Assembly: GCA_964016885.1 (NCBI GenBank)
Contig: OZ024742.1
Location: 308,078,001 to 308,142,000, forward strand
Source of the DNA: Eledone cirrhosa
Lineage: Eukaryota
Length of the DNA: 64,000 nt
Reading direction: 5' to 3'
Of this stretch, positions 34,251 to 49,100 are shown piece after piece. The notes beneath the pieces are model-generated. The model did not search any database. It saw only the letters and a list, made by a program, of their open reading frames with translations, and was not told the origin of the DNA. Numbering within the stretch: the stretch's first letter is position 1; every line of letters starts with the position of its first letter. The translations under genes and the position numbers were made by a program.

Positions 34251-36379
34251 TGTTCTGTCAGGAGTTGCAACCGGTACTATCAGTGAAAAGACCAATGAAA
34301 ATATTGTTTCCGTGGTCCGATTTGACAAGATCCATCCCTATTCGGAAAACAAATGAAGTCTGGGATATTGTCGTTCGAATTCTCCCTCTCTAGATATACC
34401 AGGGTCGACTGAACAGTTTATCGGCTGATTATGAAGGAGTGATGCTAGAGCTTTGAAATATTGCATGCATTAATTTCTACTCGTCTTATTAATAACTACA
34501 TTGTTTCTTTCCAGGGACTATGTCGAAAAATATACCTCATTTTGTCATTGCATGAGAATATCTGGCTCAGCCTATGAACTTTTCATCCTTTGAAGATTTG
34601 CAGCCGAGCCTCGTATATAGACATAATAACGTTCGTCAGTATATACGTAATATAACAATGATTTGTACTTTGAGTTCGAAACAATTAATATATATACTAT
34701 ATCGATCATGTCATATGCAGTAAGAAGAATACATGTCTGTTTATATTTCTGTTATTTGTTTATAGTTTTGTTTAATATCTTTCGTTTCACTCTAAGACGA
34801 AGGCAATATACTGGTTCAGTGACTTTTTACAAACTCATTTGTGAATAATATTTATTACACTACGAAACATTAAATATCAAAATGATATTATAAATATATT
34901 ATATTGTTTCTGTTGTATTCAGAACAATAGCTTAATGGCTCCATTGTTAACTGAACAGCTATAGGAAATACAACGACTCGACTCCATGTACCGGTAGAGT
35001 AACGTATGCATGGTCAATACGCTCAGTTCGTATCGTACCTACCACAGCGCCGAATGACGGACAGCTGTTTGTAGAAGCACTTATGCTAGTTATATATATG
35101 TGTGTAACGTGCAAGCCATCTACCAGTGATACTTCGTGTCTAATCGCTATAGATCAGTGTGTAGTATGGCAGTATTATGAAGTGTGCTTAAATCAGTTTT
35201 AAATTTAGAGATAGAGCAATAGTCGTAGTGATTAATGTGGGGCGTTGATATAGGAGATAATGTTTGATGAGAGGAGGCGAAACTGGGGTGTTGGTTACGA
35301 ATGAATGCGGTATACCACCAAGCAGTTTCCAAGGTACAGGGTCCGTTGAACTGGTGATACAATTGTGAGGGAGTTGACTGTATATTAGCAATTTGTATAT
35401 GTTGGAGTTCTTTTAACAAATATCATGTTGGTTTTATTTTGGATGCGTTCAAGAATGTTGTGCATAACAGCCAGAGCATGCCGGGTGACGGAGCAGTAGT
35501 TCATGATCTTTTAATAGGCAGCAACGTTTCTGAGCTAAGTTATGTTCTAGATCTGGAAGGAAAGACTACTCTTTAAGATACAGTTATTAGTTTGTTGTTA
35601 TTAGTTGTTAAATCATTAGGAAATATCGAATGTCATAATCTTTAACATGTAATTATATGGGGGTAGGGTATGTCAAAGAGTAGTGAAGTATAATATTGCT
35701 TACTTGATATGCAGTATGCCATGTCCCCATTGAAGGCTGTTTTCAAAATAAATGAAGACTTGTATCATTTGCCTATGAATTAAATTTATTGAAGGAGTAG
35801 CATTTAGGTTTTAGTGTACATGGAGAATAGTTTTAGCAACATAACAACAACATGATTTGAGAGAATAAACAGTGGGTGCTGAGCAATGTACGGATGATCA
35901 TCTGTTGAAAGTACATTGGCCAGGGAGATACTCTTCTGTATACGCTGCCATGTTGTGAACTGACAGAAAACTTCCTATCCAAGTGAGAAGAAGGAAAGCT
36001 AGTACATATAGATGAAATTCTTCGCCAGGAGCTTCTTGTGCTCCGAACATCATAAGGACAAATCTATTCGTGTTCATATGCTAAGGATCCGACCGTTAAG
36101 CTTCCCACGATGCTGTTTAATGGCATGGATTTTCCTCTCTACAGACCGACCGGCTTGAATTGTCCAGCACTTTGATTTTCGAAGTATTTGACACCCCCAC
36201 GGTGACATTGCCCGCACGCCTGGCTCGAGCGGGATGCTCTGCAACAGCTTCAGTTACCACAGCAAATGCCCAAGCGAGAGAACACACGAATGGGTGGAGA
36301 TCATCCTTCACGGACTGAGCGCGTGATCTGATATTGTTCAGATAGGTGGCCATTTATTCTGACCACAGAGCAGATGCCG

Positions 36380-37960
36380 CTGTGAATTGCAGTGGTCCAG
36401 TTTCAGAAAACCGCTTCTAGGTATCAATGGTCAACCGTATCGAAAGCTTTGGATTAATCTGAATTTATCAGAGTCTCACCGAAAACAAGTTTACTCAATG
36501 CACTCTTTATGAAATATCACAAGAGGCAGAGGTTGTCGTGTATATACCTGGTTGGGATTTCGCAATTTTACGCTTTCCATAGCAGCCTTTTAACGGCAAG
36601 CACCAACGTCGTTGCTAGCACCTCGGCCAAAATCTTAAACTGTGTGTTGAGCAGAATTATGGGTCGGAAATTATCAATAACGGGCCCCTGTTGTCTTCTT
36701 CCCTTAATAAACTCCGACTTATAGAGCAAGGAATTTTCTCGTTCCTACTACCAGTTGCTGTGTATAGCTTCAAAGACATTAGAGAACAAGTCTGGCATGT
36801 CTACATAAAACTCGTATGATAGACTATCCATACATGACAATTTACGTTTCGTACAGCCAGCCAGTGCATCACGTATAAGCTGCTGTTATTGGCCTTTCCC
36901 AGCACTCCATATCTTTCGTTGAGAATCGCGGTAAGTCCCCGTTGTAGGGTCTAGAGTTCGCCACCATCTCCATACCCCCCGCTGGCTTCAAACAGTTGTG
37001 CAAATTGCCGCAGGAAAGCCGCACACATCTGCTTAGAATCGAGCAGCACGTGCCCATTTCGGTCCATCAATGTCCGAATTGTGGCTTTGTTACCCAGCTG
37101 TAACTCAGCCACTCATGGATATCAAACAGCTTTCAAGCCTTCGTGATTTATAGCGGGGCCTTAACTCTGACAATGCAGTCTTCGTGTTTCGCATTGAATA
37201 AATGATCTAGTACCATTCTTGCAGCTAACACGTCGGTTGCAATACCATTCTTAATCGTATTTACTAAAAGCTATCGATTCTGCTATAATCGCCCATTTGA
37301 GAACGCAACATCACCTGTTGTTGACGAATGCCCCTGTCAATTCTCGCTTAACTAGTGTGCTAATACAGTTTATGTAGACTTTAGGCACCGGAAATGACGT
37401 GTTAAGCTTCCAGTAACCAGAACCCAGTTTAGGTTCTGTCTCCTTCAACCAAGTAGATTACAAATTCTCGGTGTGAATAGGCGACAGATTTTAGTTGTGG
37501 ACACCCTATGTAAACCCGATCTGCTTACCTAATCAAAAACCCATCTAAATACATTTTAGATTACCCTATGTGATTGTGACCTGTCCACACTAGCGCATTC
37601 GGGAAATCTAGTTGGTAGCTCTCAATCAGTTGAGATTGTCTGATCAGGTTCTAGAAAATGTTCGCTCCCTGCTTCTATCCGCGTAATGATCGGACGAAGA
37701 GTTGGGAACCACCGACGGCAGTTTTTCTCGATGTGAACAATGAACATACAGCACCATATAGATGGGGATTGTCCATGGTCCCCGACCCCCAGAAATGAGG
37801 AAGGAGGTTGTCCTGACTAATGGGAAGAAGGAGGTTGATAACAATTTTTCTAGAGATGGTGTCACGATAAAAATACGGGTTGGTGGCTAACCTTAAAACA
37901 CAACTCTCAATATTGAGTGAAAATGCGCTGTACAAGTGTATTGAATAATGGTATTAATGA
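36380..37960 (-). mobile_element. Degraded L1/Tx1-type LINE ORF2 (endonuclease end to RT)
   Basis: Minus-strand motifs LGSGYWKLNTS (~37410), DSLSYEFY (~36815), DNFRPIILLNTQFKILAEVL (~36640) and SKAFDTVDH (~36440); stops and frameshifts; boundaries approximate. Confidence 0.8.
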
Positions 37961-38061
37961 GGCTGGGACCAGCAGTGAATATCTTTCGGCTAGCAGATAT
38001 CCTGTGATTGAGCAGTGCAGGACCGGTCGTCATCTTGGACTGCTACCAATTTGACTAATAA

Positions 38062-38252
38062 TAATTGTTTCTACTTTTGGCACAAGGCCAGCAATTATTC
38101 CAGGGTATTACTGGTACTTTATTTTATCGACCCCATAAGGATGAAAGGCAAAGTTAACCTCGGCGGGATTTGAACTCAGATCATAAAGGGCCGTAACTCT
38201 TTGCTGCAGAGCATGGCGTCCGACTCTCTACCAATACTGCCAATCCACCGCC
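38062..38252 (-). mobile_element. SINE family 1, full length
   Basis: ggcggtggattggcagtattggtaga...gagttcaaatcccgccgagg...ATT tail. Confidence 0.9.
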
Positions 38253-38259
38253 CTGCAGT

Positions 38260-38378
38260 AAATGCTTACGGCATCTAGGGTTCCCAAGCGATCACCCATC
38301 TAAATACTAACTAGGCTCGACGTTGCTTAACTTCGGTGATCGGGCGAGAACCAATGTTTTCAGCGTGATATGGCTGTC
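38260..38378 (-). pseudogene. 5S rRNA pseudogene
   Basis: Minus strand: gacagccatatcacgctgaaaacattggttctcgcccgatcaccgaagttaagcaacgtcgagcctagttagtatttagatgggtgatcgcttgggaa; recognisable 5S A and C boxes with substitutions. Confidence 0.9.
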
Positions 38379-38893
38379 TAATAATAATAACGTTTACAAT
38401 GAAATGTACAATCCTCTTAAATTCTGTGGAAAATGAAAAGAAGTAAAGATAGGGCCGATTGTTGTTATGGTTATGGAACAGTATCAACAATCATCGTTGT
38501 TATTGATTTGTACGTTAGGAAAGAAGCTTAAAATCCTCATATAAATATATAAACCTTAGTCAGATGTGTAGGGAGAGGCAAACTGGATGACATTGCATAT
38601 GTGTATTTTCAAACTGCATCAATGATGTAAACGAAACACTTCCATCTGCCAACAAGAATCACGGGAAATAAAATGATGTTTATTTAGAGATAAAGAATCT
38701 ACCGAGCTGGCCTGATATGTGATATATGTTTATTTCTGCAAGGGATTGGGGAGTTGTGGCATTCATTCATTTAAAAAGATTATAACTGAAATCATTATAA
38801 AATTGGGACTGATACATGTCTCCGAACTTACCTTGTTGTTGTTCATGATGTTATTGTTGTTGGTGTTAATTTGTTATTATTACAGATGCTATT

Positions 38894-39107
38894 AGGGTGG
38901 TGAATTGGAAGTATCGGTAGAGCGTCAGACAACATGCTTGTCAGCATAGAGTTATGGACGCTTTACGTTCTGAGTTCAGCCGAGGTTAGCTTTGCCTTTC
39001 ATGCTTACGGGGGTCGATAAAATAAAGCACCAGTAACGCACTGGGTCGATTTAATCGACTTTCCCCTCCTCTAAAAATTGCTGGGCTTGTGTTCTAAGTA
39101 CAGCCAA
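38894..39107 (+). mobile_element. SINE family 1, full length with TSD
   Basis: Flanked by the 18-bp direct repeat attattacagatgctatt (38876-38893 and 39107-39124). Confidence 0.92.
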
Positions 39108-39489
39108 TTATTACAGATGCTATTTTATGTTTTGTCGTTGTTATTATTCCTCTTGTTGTTTTTGTTGCTGTTGTTGGCGTTATTGTTGCTCTGGTCTTTT
39201 TTTTTCTTTTTGTTTTGCTGTCAATATTGTTGTTTTTGGTATTGGTATTGCTATTTCGTTCATGATGCTGTTGTGGTTGTTGTTATTGCTCTTGTTATTA
39301 TGCCCCTTGCTCCTTTTTTGTCGTTGTTTGTGCTGTTGTTATAGTTGCTCATCTTCCTGTTGCTGTCGTTTTGGTTGTTTAGTCAAAGTTAGCTTTCACG
39401 GAGAAGACATTGTGGTCGTTGCTGTTATTGTTGTTGTTTAGTTCCAAGTCAGCTCTCACGGAGCAAACTTACTTTGTGGCTGTTATTGT

Positions 39490-39678
39490 CGTTGTTATAG
39501 CAGACCTTTACTCAAAAGAATTCAATCCCTGACCATCCCGTCTTTTTCTTTTCAGGTATTGTGTACCCCGGATTACGTTATCCAATGTTTCCCGTTTTGT
39601 TTAAGGCGGTAAGGTTTGGTTTGAGGGAGATTTGGCTGCTATTTCTAGCAGTATTGATGACCACATAGAAGCTTCCTC
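39490..39678 (-). mobile_element. SINE-like family 3 next to a degenerate (TTG)n region
   Basis: gagggagatttggctgctatttctagcag...gaccacataga, shared with 9996, 42280, 48225 and 62240. Confidence 0.6.
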
Positions 39679-42600
39679 TAGAGGGGTTTACCTTTTACTC
39701 TGCAGCGTGTTTTATTAGGTAGGTACACATGTCCTGTATTTTCTAAGCACATAGAAATATGGTGTGATATATTCGTGTCTTCTATAAAGGCATTGCTATA
39801 GTAAATGAACAGTAGCATGTCTTCAAATATGCAGAGCATTCTATGAGTTGGAGAGGAATATGACTCTACAGACACATAGTTTTCCAAATTTACATTTCAG
39901 CTCTGAATCCTCTGTCACTCTTATATGGGTTGTGAATTAGACATAAACTTACAGAACTGAATTATATAATATACATAGTTTAATTTCCTATGTCCATATG
40001 ATGAGATCAAGTCTTGCTGAGACTTATTATAAATACTTAGAAATGAATGTTTTTTTATAATTTAGTCAAAAGAGGAAGAGAAGCGTCAATTACACTTTTC
40101 AGAGCCTCGATTATTGCTGGAGGTAATGGAAGATGTTTTATACAAACTAAAAACCGAGTGGAAATATGGAATCAACACCGCAACATGCCCCCAAATGTAT
40201 TTTAAAACAGGACGACGGATTGTCTATCACACAAGAAGCAGAGCTCCTCCATCGAGCTCCCATAGATTCGAACAGCCGTATTTTGCAAGACGTAGGTTGA
40301 TCTGAAGCTATAGGTCATGACACTTGCCTAATGTACCATGCAGTAGGATTTAATAGAAAACTACATAGTATGAAGTGAACTTCCCAGCTTCAAAATTATA
40401 CTTTTTCTAGACTATGTACATGCCATGTATGCGGAACAAACCAATCAAATATGAACACATCTATTAAATTTATGCCTATCTTATATGAACACACTTAATT
40501 TTACTACTATGTAATACTAATAGAATTTCTAGAACACGTAACAAATAAATTATGGTGTTTTGATTCATCGTTTTCTCAACTGAGTTCAAATCCCACCGGG
40601 GCATATTTTTACTTTCATCGTTTCGGAATAAATATAATTAGTAGTTTTTGATTCAAACAATTATGCACATAATCTATAAAGTTTTGGTCTTGTGCCAGTA
40701 GGTAAGATCATTATTGTTGTAATTAGAATTCAATTATTGAACACATCACATAAACTTTAAGAAAAATGCGAACAAACGTATAATTCTCTGTGTTAGGCGT
40801 TAAGTACTCACAGACTAATTGACATGCTAGATCTTAATGATGTTTATCTTTGCAAATAACCGAATCTCTACTTGTAGTACTGATTAGAATCAATACAGGA
40901 ATAAGTAAAAGGAATGTTATTGATTTCAGCATCAAAGATGATATATTTATGAAAGGAAATTACCATAGTGTATGACTGGTATTGATTTGAGGTTCACAGA
41001 GAGATTAAATTTAAGTCAACTCCGATGTGATATGAAATATAAAAAATGAACAAATGCAAAGTAGTTTTGTTATCCGGTTCCCAATCACCTGACTCTCATC
41101 GTCTTTCTGAATTCCTACCAACCAGGCATAGTGCAAATTTGTTCAGAAAATTAGCAACATAATACGGTCATCAAATAGTGTTAAGCTGCTGACGAGCCAC
41201 ATCCACAATTTCAGATTGAAGCCCTTTTATGTTAGATATAGGCATAGTGTACATGCTTTATATACACCTCTATTATGAATCACGTTATGTTAGTGCGTCT
41301 AATAAAGACTGTTGTTTTTAATAGAATAAATGAGGTAATTACAGTTGATTGCCAACTAATATGAATGTATCATTGCCGCATTGATACAACATTGACCTGA
41401 TAGCTGAGGTGACAGTAGATCTTATATTGTATTTAATATATTACCATGTCTAAGGGAAATACTAATACTTCACAGTTCCTTTCGCTTAGCTATAAACAAT
41501 TGTCACCGGTTAGATCAACTTTAATGTGTGTGAACTTTACATAATCTACGAGGCTTTGTAAGCTATGTTTAAAATCTTCGTGTAAGCATTAGCTTGGAGA
41601 AATGTATGTCTCTCCAGGTTAACTTTCACTAGATTAAATTATGGAAGATGCTGCCTGATATCCAAAAGGGTTATCAGGCACGCAATATTAATTTTCATTA
41701 TATATCAGTTTACAAAACATTTCTTATGCATACGTACGAACAACATTTGTGGGATAAAGGGGTAAAGTTTTTTAAACCGACACTGGCTCATGTCTACTGC
41801 ATAGTTGAGGCAGTAGAAAATTTGAATACAAATAGGATGTTTGATTAATTTACATTTAATCATCAGAATAGAAATTCAATGCGGCTGATGTTCAGTTTTA
41901 AATTCTGAATGTTAAATACAATGGGCAGAACAGTAATTTCAAAACGCTACAACTTTGAGCAAAATGCATTGTATGGCCTGCTAAGAAAACGGTTTGTGTA
42001 AGGAAGATCTGTTTTTGAGAATTAAAGGGTGCATTAGTTTGAGGTGGTTTGAAATTTGTTTGTTTAGGAAAGCAGATATAATTTTAGCAATGACAGTACA
42101 GAAAAAATGGGTTTATCAGTCAAAGGTTTGTGTTGATTAGCTCAACGTCAACTTTGATTGAACAAACCTATAGCTAAAGGCATTCCTATCATACCCTCCC
42201 GATCATTTAATTTTCAGACGTAGAGAATCCAGGAACATATTATCAAATATGTTCTATTTGATAGACGGTATGGATGGCTTGAAAGAAATTTGGAATGTTA
42301 TTTTTTACAAGTTGAGCGACAGCGAGTAGTTAGCATGCATTAGTGAAATAATATTTTCAGCTTGTTGAATGGTCAGTTTGGGTGCAGTCCTAGAATACTA
42401 ACTGTTTAGAATCAGTAACAGATACATCAACAGTTCAGGAAGAGTGAGGAATTGTCTCATTTGAATATGTGTGCGTGGTTAGAATTAAAAGTGAGACTGT
42501 CATTAATGTGAGGCCCAGAATTGTAGAGTAACCCGTAGTGGACAGAATTGAAGACAATCAATGTCTCATTAAAAGAACACATTGCAGTAGACATAAAATA

Positions 42601-42895
42601 AAATTATTCATGAGGCGGCTAGAAGATTGAATTAAGTAAAGGAGGATCTTAGCTAGGAACGTCTTGGGGCACGGGTTTGAATTGTTTGCGTTGTTGTAAG
42701 GTTCCAAAACAAGAGAAAACCAACAGTTGGTATGAGGGTATGCATTTGCTAACAACTTCTGGCTTCAATCATACTTTATAAGTAGATAGTTACCTCGATA
42801 GTCAAATAAATAGATAGAAAGATAACTAGATTGATGTTTTTTATAAATACATATGTGTCTGTGGTTGTGTGTATTAAGAATGGGGCAGCGAGAGG

Positions 42896-42896
<1 letters not shown>

Positions 42897-42959
<63 letters not shown>
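42897..42959. repeat. (GATA)n microsatellite
   Basis: Direct reading. Confidence 0.98.
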
Positions 42960-45396
42960 TAGAGGGGACTGGGGTAGAAAAGGGTAGAAATACACAATAG
43001 GTAATGAGAGGTTGTTTCGAACTTTCTTTGACATCGTATATAAGAATGAAACTAAACAATACGAGAGGTTTAGTTTGACACTCAACTCTTTCTGCAATAC
43101 CAATGTCTATAATATACCATTATTGAAAATATATTTGGTTTCTCAATCATATTTGGCGATTACGTCTCTTGTACAATTAATAATGATTCCTTTGTCTCAA
43201 AAAGTGTTTTTTCTTTTTTATGAGTAGTATATGCTTAAAGATGCTGTACAGAATTTGATACCAAAGGGCTACAAATACAGCTGCGGAAATATATTCACCT
43301 ACATATATAATCCCCCCACCACACACACACACATACACTTTATAATAATACTCTACTACACCAAGTATCGAGTACTCTGTTGAGTAAGGTTCTAACCACT
43401 TTCAAACTGAATCCACCCTGAGAGTAAAGACCCCATCGGTCACAAATGATCATGGGATTTCAACCTAGAAAGTTCCCCTTCGAGGCACAAGTCTGGGCAA
43501 GGTTGTTTATACAAGAACAGTCCTCGCCCATGCATACCAGACTCCCCCTTCCACGTCAAGGAAAAGGCAACGGCCGATACAGCTTGGCAGCAGTGACGTC
43601 GCAACTCATTGCTACAGCTGAATAAACTGGAGTAACGTCCTCACAAACGTAGTTCCAGAAGACTCAATGATGGAAGCAGAGTACCATCAGTAATTTAACT
43701 CAATTTGAAGCTACAGTGAAACTTTGATATTCACCGTGTTTTTATCTGGCGAATTTCCAACATTGTAATCATTACGATCTTGAGAACTTGCCATATGAAA
43801 CCACAGTAAATTGTACTGTCTATTCAACTTGATTTTCTGTCTATATACACATACATATATGTGTGTGTGTGCGTTTGTGTGTCTGTGTGTCTGCGTGTCT
43901 ATGCATCTGATTATATGTATGTCGTTGCCTGTATGTGTCTGCGTGTATCGGTATAAATGCACGTACATTCTTTATTGTAAAAATATGTCAATGGAAACGA
44001 TACAAGAATTTTTCCAACCTAGTTTCACACAGAGACAAATATATGCTCGCATTCGCAATTAGAAATATATAGTCACATATTTATTGTGTTTTTCTTTCCC
44101 AGTATTACACTTTATCGCTATTGTTATCAGAATTTTAACTGAGTAGGTTTCTCAAAGATAATTTATACAAAAATAAGTCCTATAATCTTTCAGCTGGAGG
44201 TACAAAAACAGTTACAGCCATACACGTACATGAGAGCTAAACACGTGATCAATTAGACGTATATATACAGAATGAAAACACACACATACGAGCACATATA
44301 AATAAACATAAGTACAATACACACCCACGCAATGCATTTTTAATATTTTTAACAGAGGAGGAAGAGCAGCCCCATAGCCGTTTTCACGTCCTTTCAGTTA
44401 GAGTGAAGGAATAGATATCTTTACAGATTGGCTCCTCAATGCAAACACTTAGTGAACATATTTTCAACTGTGTGTGCTCCCCTAAAGGCACTCAGATTAT
44501 AATATTATTCATATCATCAATATTCTCACGCCCATTTATATGTTGCCTGTATAACTTTTCATTACATTCTTTTGACTCTATTTTAGAAAACTGAGCAATA
44601 CACGAGTTGTGGTAGCTTTTCAGAAGCAAAGCAAGTGCATTTCGCATTCTCAAACTTGCCCTGTTTCGTATATTTACATTTCTAATGAACTCTTAAGACT
44701 TGTATTTAGGCGATAAATGATTGGTAAAGGCGCTTTAGTGTTATGGTCATAGCAGTCGTTCACATGCGGCAGAGGCATGTCTGTTCAACTCGCAGGCGAC
44801 TCTGTTCAACTTATTCATTCTCCAATATATATAGGCATTAGTAGTACAATATGTATTTATATAAATGAGCATATAACTTTGGTTTATACATGAATAATTT
44901 CGCGTGATTGCATGCACGAATATGTGAAAAACGTGTCCTATGGGCGGTGAAACGTTGATATTAGAAAGAATCAAAAAGAAAATGCTGTGATTTTAATTCC
45001 AATTGTGGTCCCATACTAATGTATTTGGGTACGGAATTGAAGGCCTATGTTTTCTGACAATATACTTTGTAATTTCATAGAACGTGCGATTTATATTATC
45101 ACTTGACGGAGCTCAAATATATAGAGTGTGTGAATGCACGTGTATTTTTGCATATATGTGTATTTATGTGTGTATATGGGCGTATTTATGCGCGTCAAAT
45201 TGCCTGAATGAAGCGTAATAACTGACTAAATGAATCAATCCAAAATAATTTTGAGTTTATACTTATTCATATTCATAGTTATATACACCGTTGTAGATTG
45301 TCTTCAATTCTCTTAAATACAAAGCTTACAGCCATCACTACTCTCAGAACAAGGTGTGATATATTCTAATAATTTATTAAATTAAAAATCCACATA

Positions 45397-45608
45397 AGGC
45401 GATTAATTGGCAGGGTCTTTAGAACAGCGCTTGATATGGTTCACAATGTTTGTTCTGGTTCTCCGAATACAAATATCGTTGAGGTCAACTTTAACTTGCA
45501 TCCTTTCAAGGTCGATAAAATAAAGTACCATTCACGTACTGAGGTCGACATAATTGACTTTTCCTTCTGCCAAATGTTTGGCCATGCGTCTAAATTAGAA
45601 ACCATTAA
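45397..45608 (+). mobile_element. SINE family 1, diverged
   Basis: gaggtcaactttaacttgcatcctttcaaggtcgataaaataaagtacca. Confidence 0.7.
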
Positions 45609-45993
45609 ATTATTATTTCAAAGGCATTTATAGATTTGTATATGCATATTTCTTAAGGATCAGATGTATTTCTACAAATTAGTATCTAGGAATGCATCAA
45701 AACTTCCCAACTTATATTGATGCTGTCTGAATCGTATGTTAAAAGGATTCTAAATCAAACACAGAATTTCTAGAAACTGAATTCTTTGGTGTATATAATT
45801 TTACATAGTAAATTATCAATTTTGAAAGACAAAATATTTAATGACACATTAAAAGGAAAACTTAGGTTTAGATCACTTCTTAAGACTTTTATTGTTAATG
45901 TTGCTATTTTTGTAGCAGAATTAATTGTACAATCAAAACCTAACTTAACATTACTTACGTTAAACAATTTGTATTGTTTATGTACGCACACAT

Positions 45994-46135
45994 GCGGTGA
46001 ACTGGTACTATCAGTGGAACGTACGACGGACAACATGCTTTGCGGCATATGGTTACAGCCTTTTAGGTTCTGAGTTCAAATCCAGCCGAAGTTAGTTTTC
46101 CCCTTCATCTTTCAGGGTCGCTAAAAATAGTACAA
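45994..46135 (+). mobile_element. SINE family 1, diverged 5' part
   Basis: gcggtgaactgg...gttctgagttcaaatccagccgaagttag. Confidence 0.7.
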
Positions 46136-49100
46136 CATTATCCATCGACATCTGGTATTTGAAATATTACATGGTAGGTAAACTTATCAATAACAAGTTA
46201 CAAGTTAATAGTTCAACATGACTACTTATATCACCCCTCTATTACAGAAGCCAGGTCTGGCAAAATAAAATGAACAACGGCACTGCTTTTGGTCTTTTAT
46301 ATCAGTACATGTATTTAGCAACGTGGGTTAATTAGCTACAATGCACATTTGTGTGGGTATATCTCTATGAATTTATATGCGTATATTTATAACCCTACAT
46401 TTAGTTTCACTGTACAAATAAACCCCATTCAACTACAGGGTCCTGACATATATTCAAATTACATCCGCAAATTGGATGAAGTGAAAGCTGGAGGGTTATG
46501 ATCCGGCAAAACCTGATGATCTGTCGTTTAATCATGTTGACAAAGAGATGCTTGCGGTTTAAGACAGTTCCTATATGTTTAAGAAGCGTATATAAATCTG
46601 TTTCCGAACCACTCTCTAAATACAGATATTTATATATTTACATGAAAGAATGTAAGGATATCTATACGTATATGTATGTGTATAGCAGTACCTCTATTTG
46701 TCTATCAATATATGTTACATGTCGTTAAATAGGTGTTCTTTTAAGTTGATACTTGTGTGGAAATGAGGTCCACATACGTTTAATAAATGTATTATTAGCA
46801 TTAACATACAGAGACGTTTGACTAGAAAATCCAGCTATGTTGTGCTTTTGGTTTATCGGATACACACGCCCTACTCTTTGTCATTTTCGTTCTCTGTATT
46901 AAATCAATATAGTCACAGGCCAATGTAGGTATGATCTATTATACCTTTCAAGGATTGATATTAATACCAAGAATATAATTATAACATATGTTACATCTAT
47001 TATGTTTATATTTATATATAATATTGATTTTCCTTCTGTTGATATTAATCTAAACTTTGTTGACTAATAATGATATACTCTGTTGAATTGAATATCAGTA
47101 CACAGCCTGACCTAATTGAATTGACTTCGGCAGGATTTGAACATATAATTGGAACTAAGCAGATGTGTATGAATAGCTACGTTATTAACATGTTATACAA
47201 ATTTTATTTCATTTGAGACAATCCATAGAATAAAGAGGAGTAGGTAATTGATTGACTCGAGTATATTAAAATTTCAGCCTCAATCGCAATCGAGTATGAC
47301 TTGGTAGTTTGTACTATACTTTTGATTTGGTGTGTTTAGAGCCCATGCAGTCTCGTGATAATACAGGCATCTTCTCCATCCTCCTTTTCTTGATTCAGCG
47401 GAATATTCAGGATGTGGAAGTTCGAGGGGGAGAAGGCTGCAGATTTACTGGATTGGTACTTTATTTATCGACATCAAACGGATGAAAGGCCAAGTTTATC
47501 GACAGGATTTGAACTCAGAAACAAGATACCAAGAACAAACATATAACTATTCTATAATTTGGGGGAAATAAATAATCATAAGTACATTTCAACAACCACA
47601 GCCTCGTACGGTGTTAAACATATAAAACCCGCCACATAATTGTATACGTAATATTATGTATGGGCGGAGTGTGTAGCCTACGATTATGGAGAATTTTGCA
47701 TTCATAGGCGAATATGCCTTACAAATTAGATTCATGCCATATATAATTATAACACTGATGCATAGCCAGTACAATTCGGTTGAAATATATAAATGGCAGT
47801 TGATGAGAAATAAAAGAAAATAGTAATATTTTAAATCAGTATATTTCTGAGTTAAGACCCACTTTTCAAATATAAAAACGAAAACGGTTCAAAACAAACT
47901 AAATAAAGATCAGACTAGTTAGGGAAGAACACATCAATCGTTCGATGCCTTATTATTTAGACTATTTTTTTATAATAAACATTTTGATGACGCGTTAACT
48001 TTCTCATAATATATATATATATATATATATATAAAGAGAGAGAGGGGGGGGGAGAAAGAAAGAGAGAGAGAGAGAGATTTTGCGGTTTGACCCCAAGCTT
48101 TTTCTTGATTGAATAGGCATCTGAGAAATGACATTCAAACCATGACTATCTCTTCGGCTATTCAATGATAACTTACCCAGGAGTAAAGTAATTTATGTGT
48201 TCATATTTACAGAACGGAGTGTAATTTGAAAAGAGATATGGCTGTTATTTCTAGCAGATTAAATTAACAGCTAATGACTCCCTTAATTGATCATCCAACA
48301 AGATCTCACAATAAGATGCACATTTGACGGACAGGAAAGTAATCAGTGAATAAGTTACACCACACTTGAATCATATGTGTACAATAGATTGAAAAGGACT
48401 TACTGGATACCGATTTAGTTGTAAAGTGCCCTGAGTGTTAAAGTGATGGGATGTTTCATTGAATATTTTAGATAGTACAAAATATTCTACACGCATCAAT
48501 TCACATAGCTAATAGGAATGGTTAACCAGACCCGTGCAAGCGTGTAGTCTCCCATCAGGAATTAGGTTGGGCTTTTTTATTGCAAAATAACAATGAGAAA
48601 AACAGGAAAATGCAATTGGCCTCAGTACAATGAAAATCTTTTACAATATTGGAGCCATTGTTTTTTTCTGGTTTGATGTAGAATGATATTCTTGGCTTAC
48701 TAAAATATAGGAAAATATGCATACAAAAAATTAATGAGCACACGTCCATGTGTATAATGCAGAGAATTTTGTAAAAAATATTATATCAGAAGCTGGCCGA
48801 GCACTCAGTTTATGAGGCGAGTTGTAATATACAAAATTAGATTAAATTCCCAACATTGCTATCTGTATGATACGCGCATTTCAATGGGGATTACTATTTC
48901 CGCAGTTCGGCAATCTGCCAATTCTGAAATGGGTATCGTTAGAATTAGGGGTCTATTAGAGAGTTCATATGGAAAGGGCGAGAACTTTTAGGGTTCTCTT
49001 ATTAGTTAGATAAGTGGAGATAACTCTTACATAGATTTGTGAAAAGTAGAAAGAAATTGTTCGTCTTTAGGGTTGGAGAATCTATTATGGGCTGGAAAGA

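Noticed and set aside
35150-36050. Possible very old LINE remnant on the - strand
   Set aside because: No unambiguous protein motif could be read.
38260-38378. Functional 5S rRNA gene
   Set aside because: Solitary, has substitutions in conserved positions, and is fused to a SINE; called a pseudogene.
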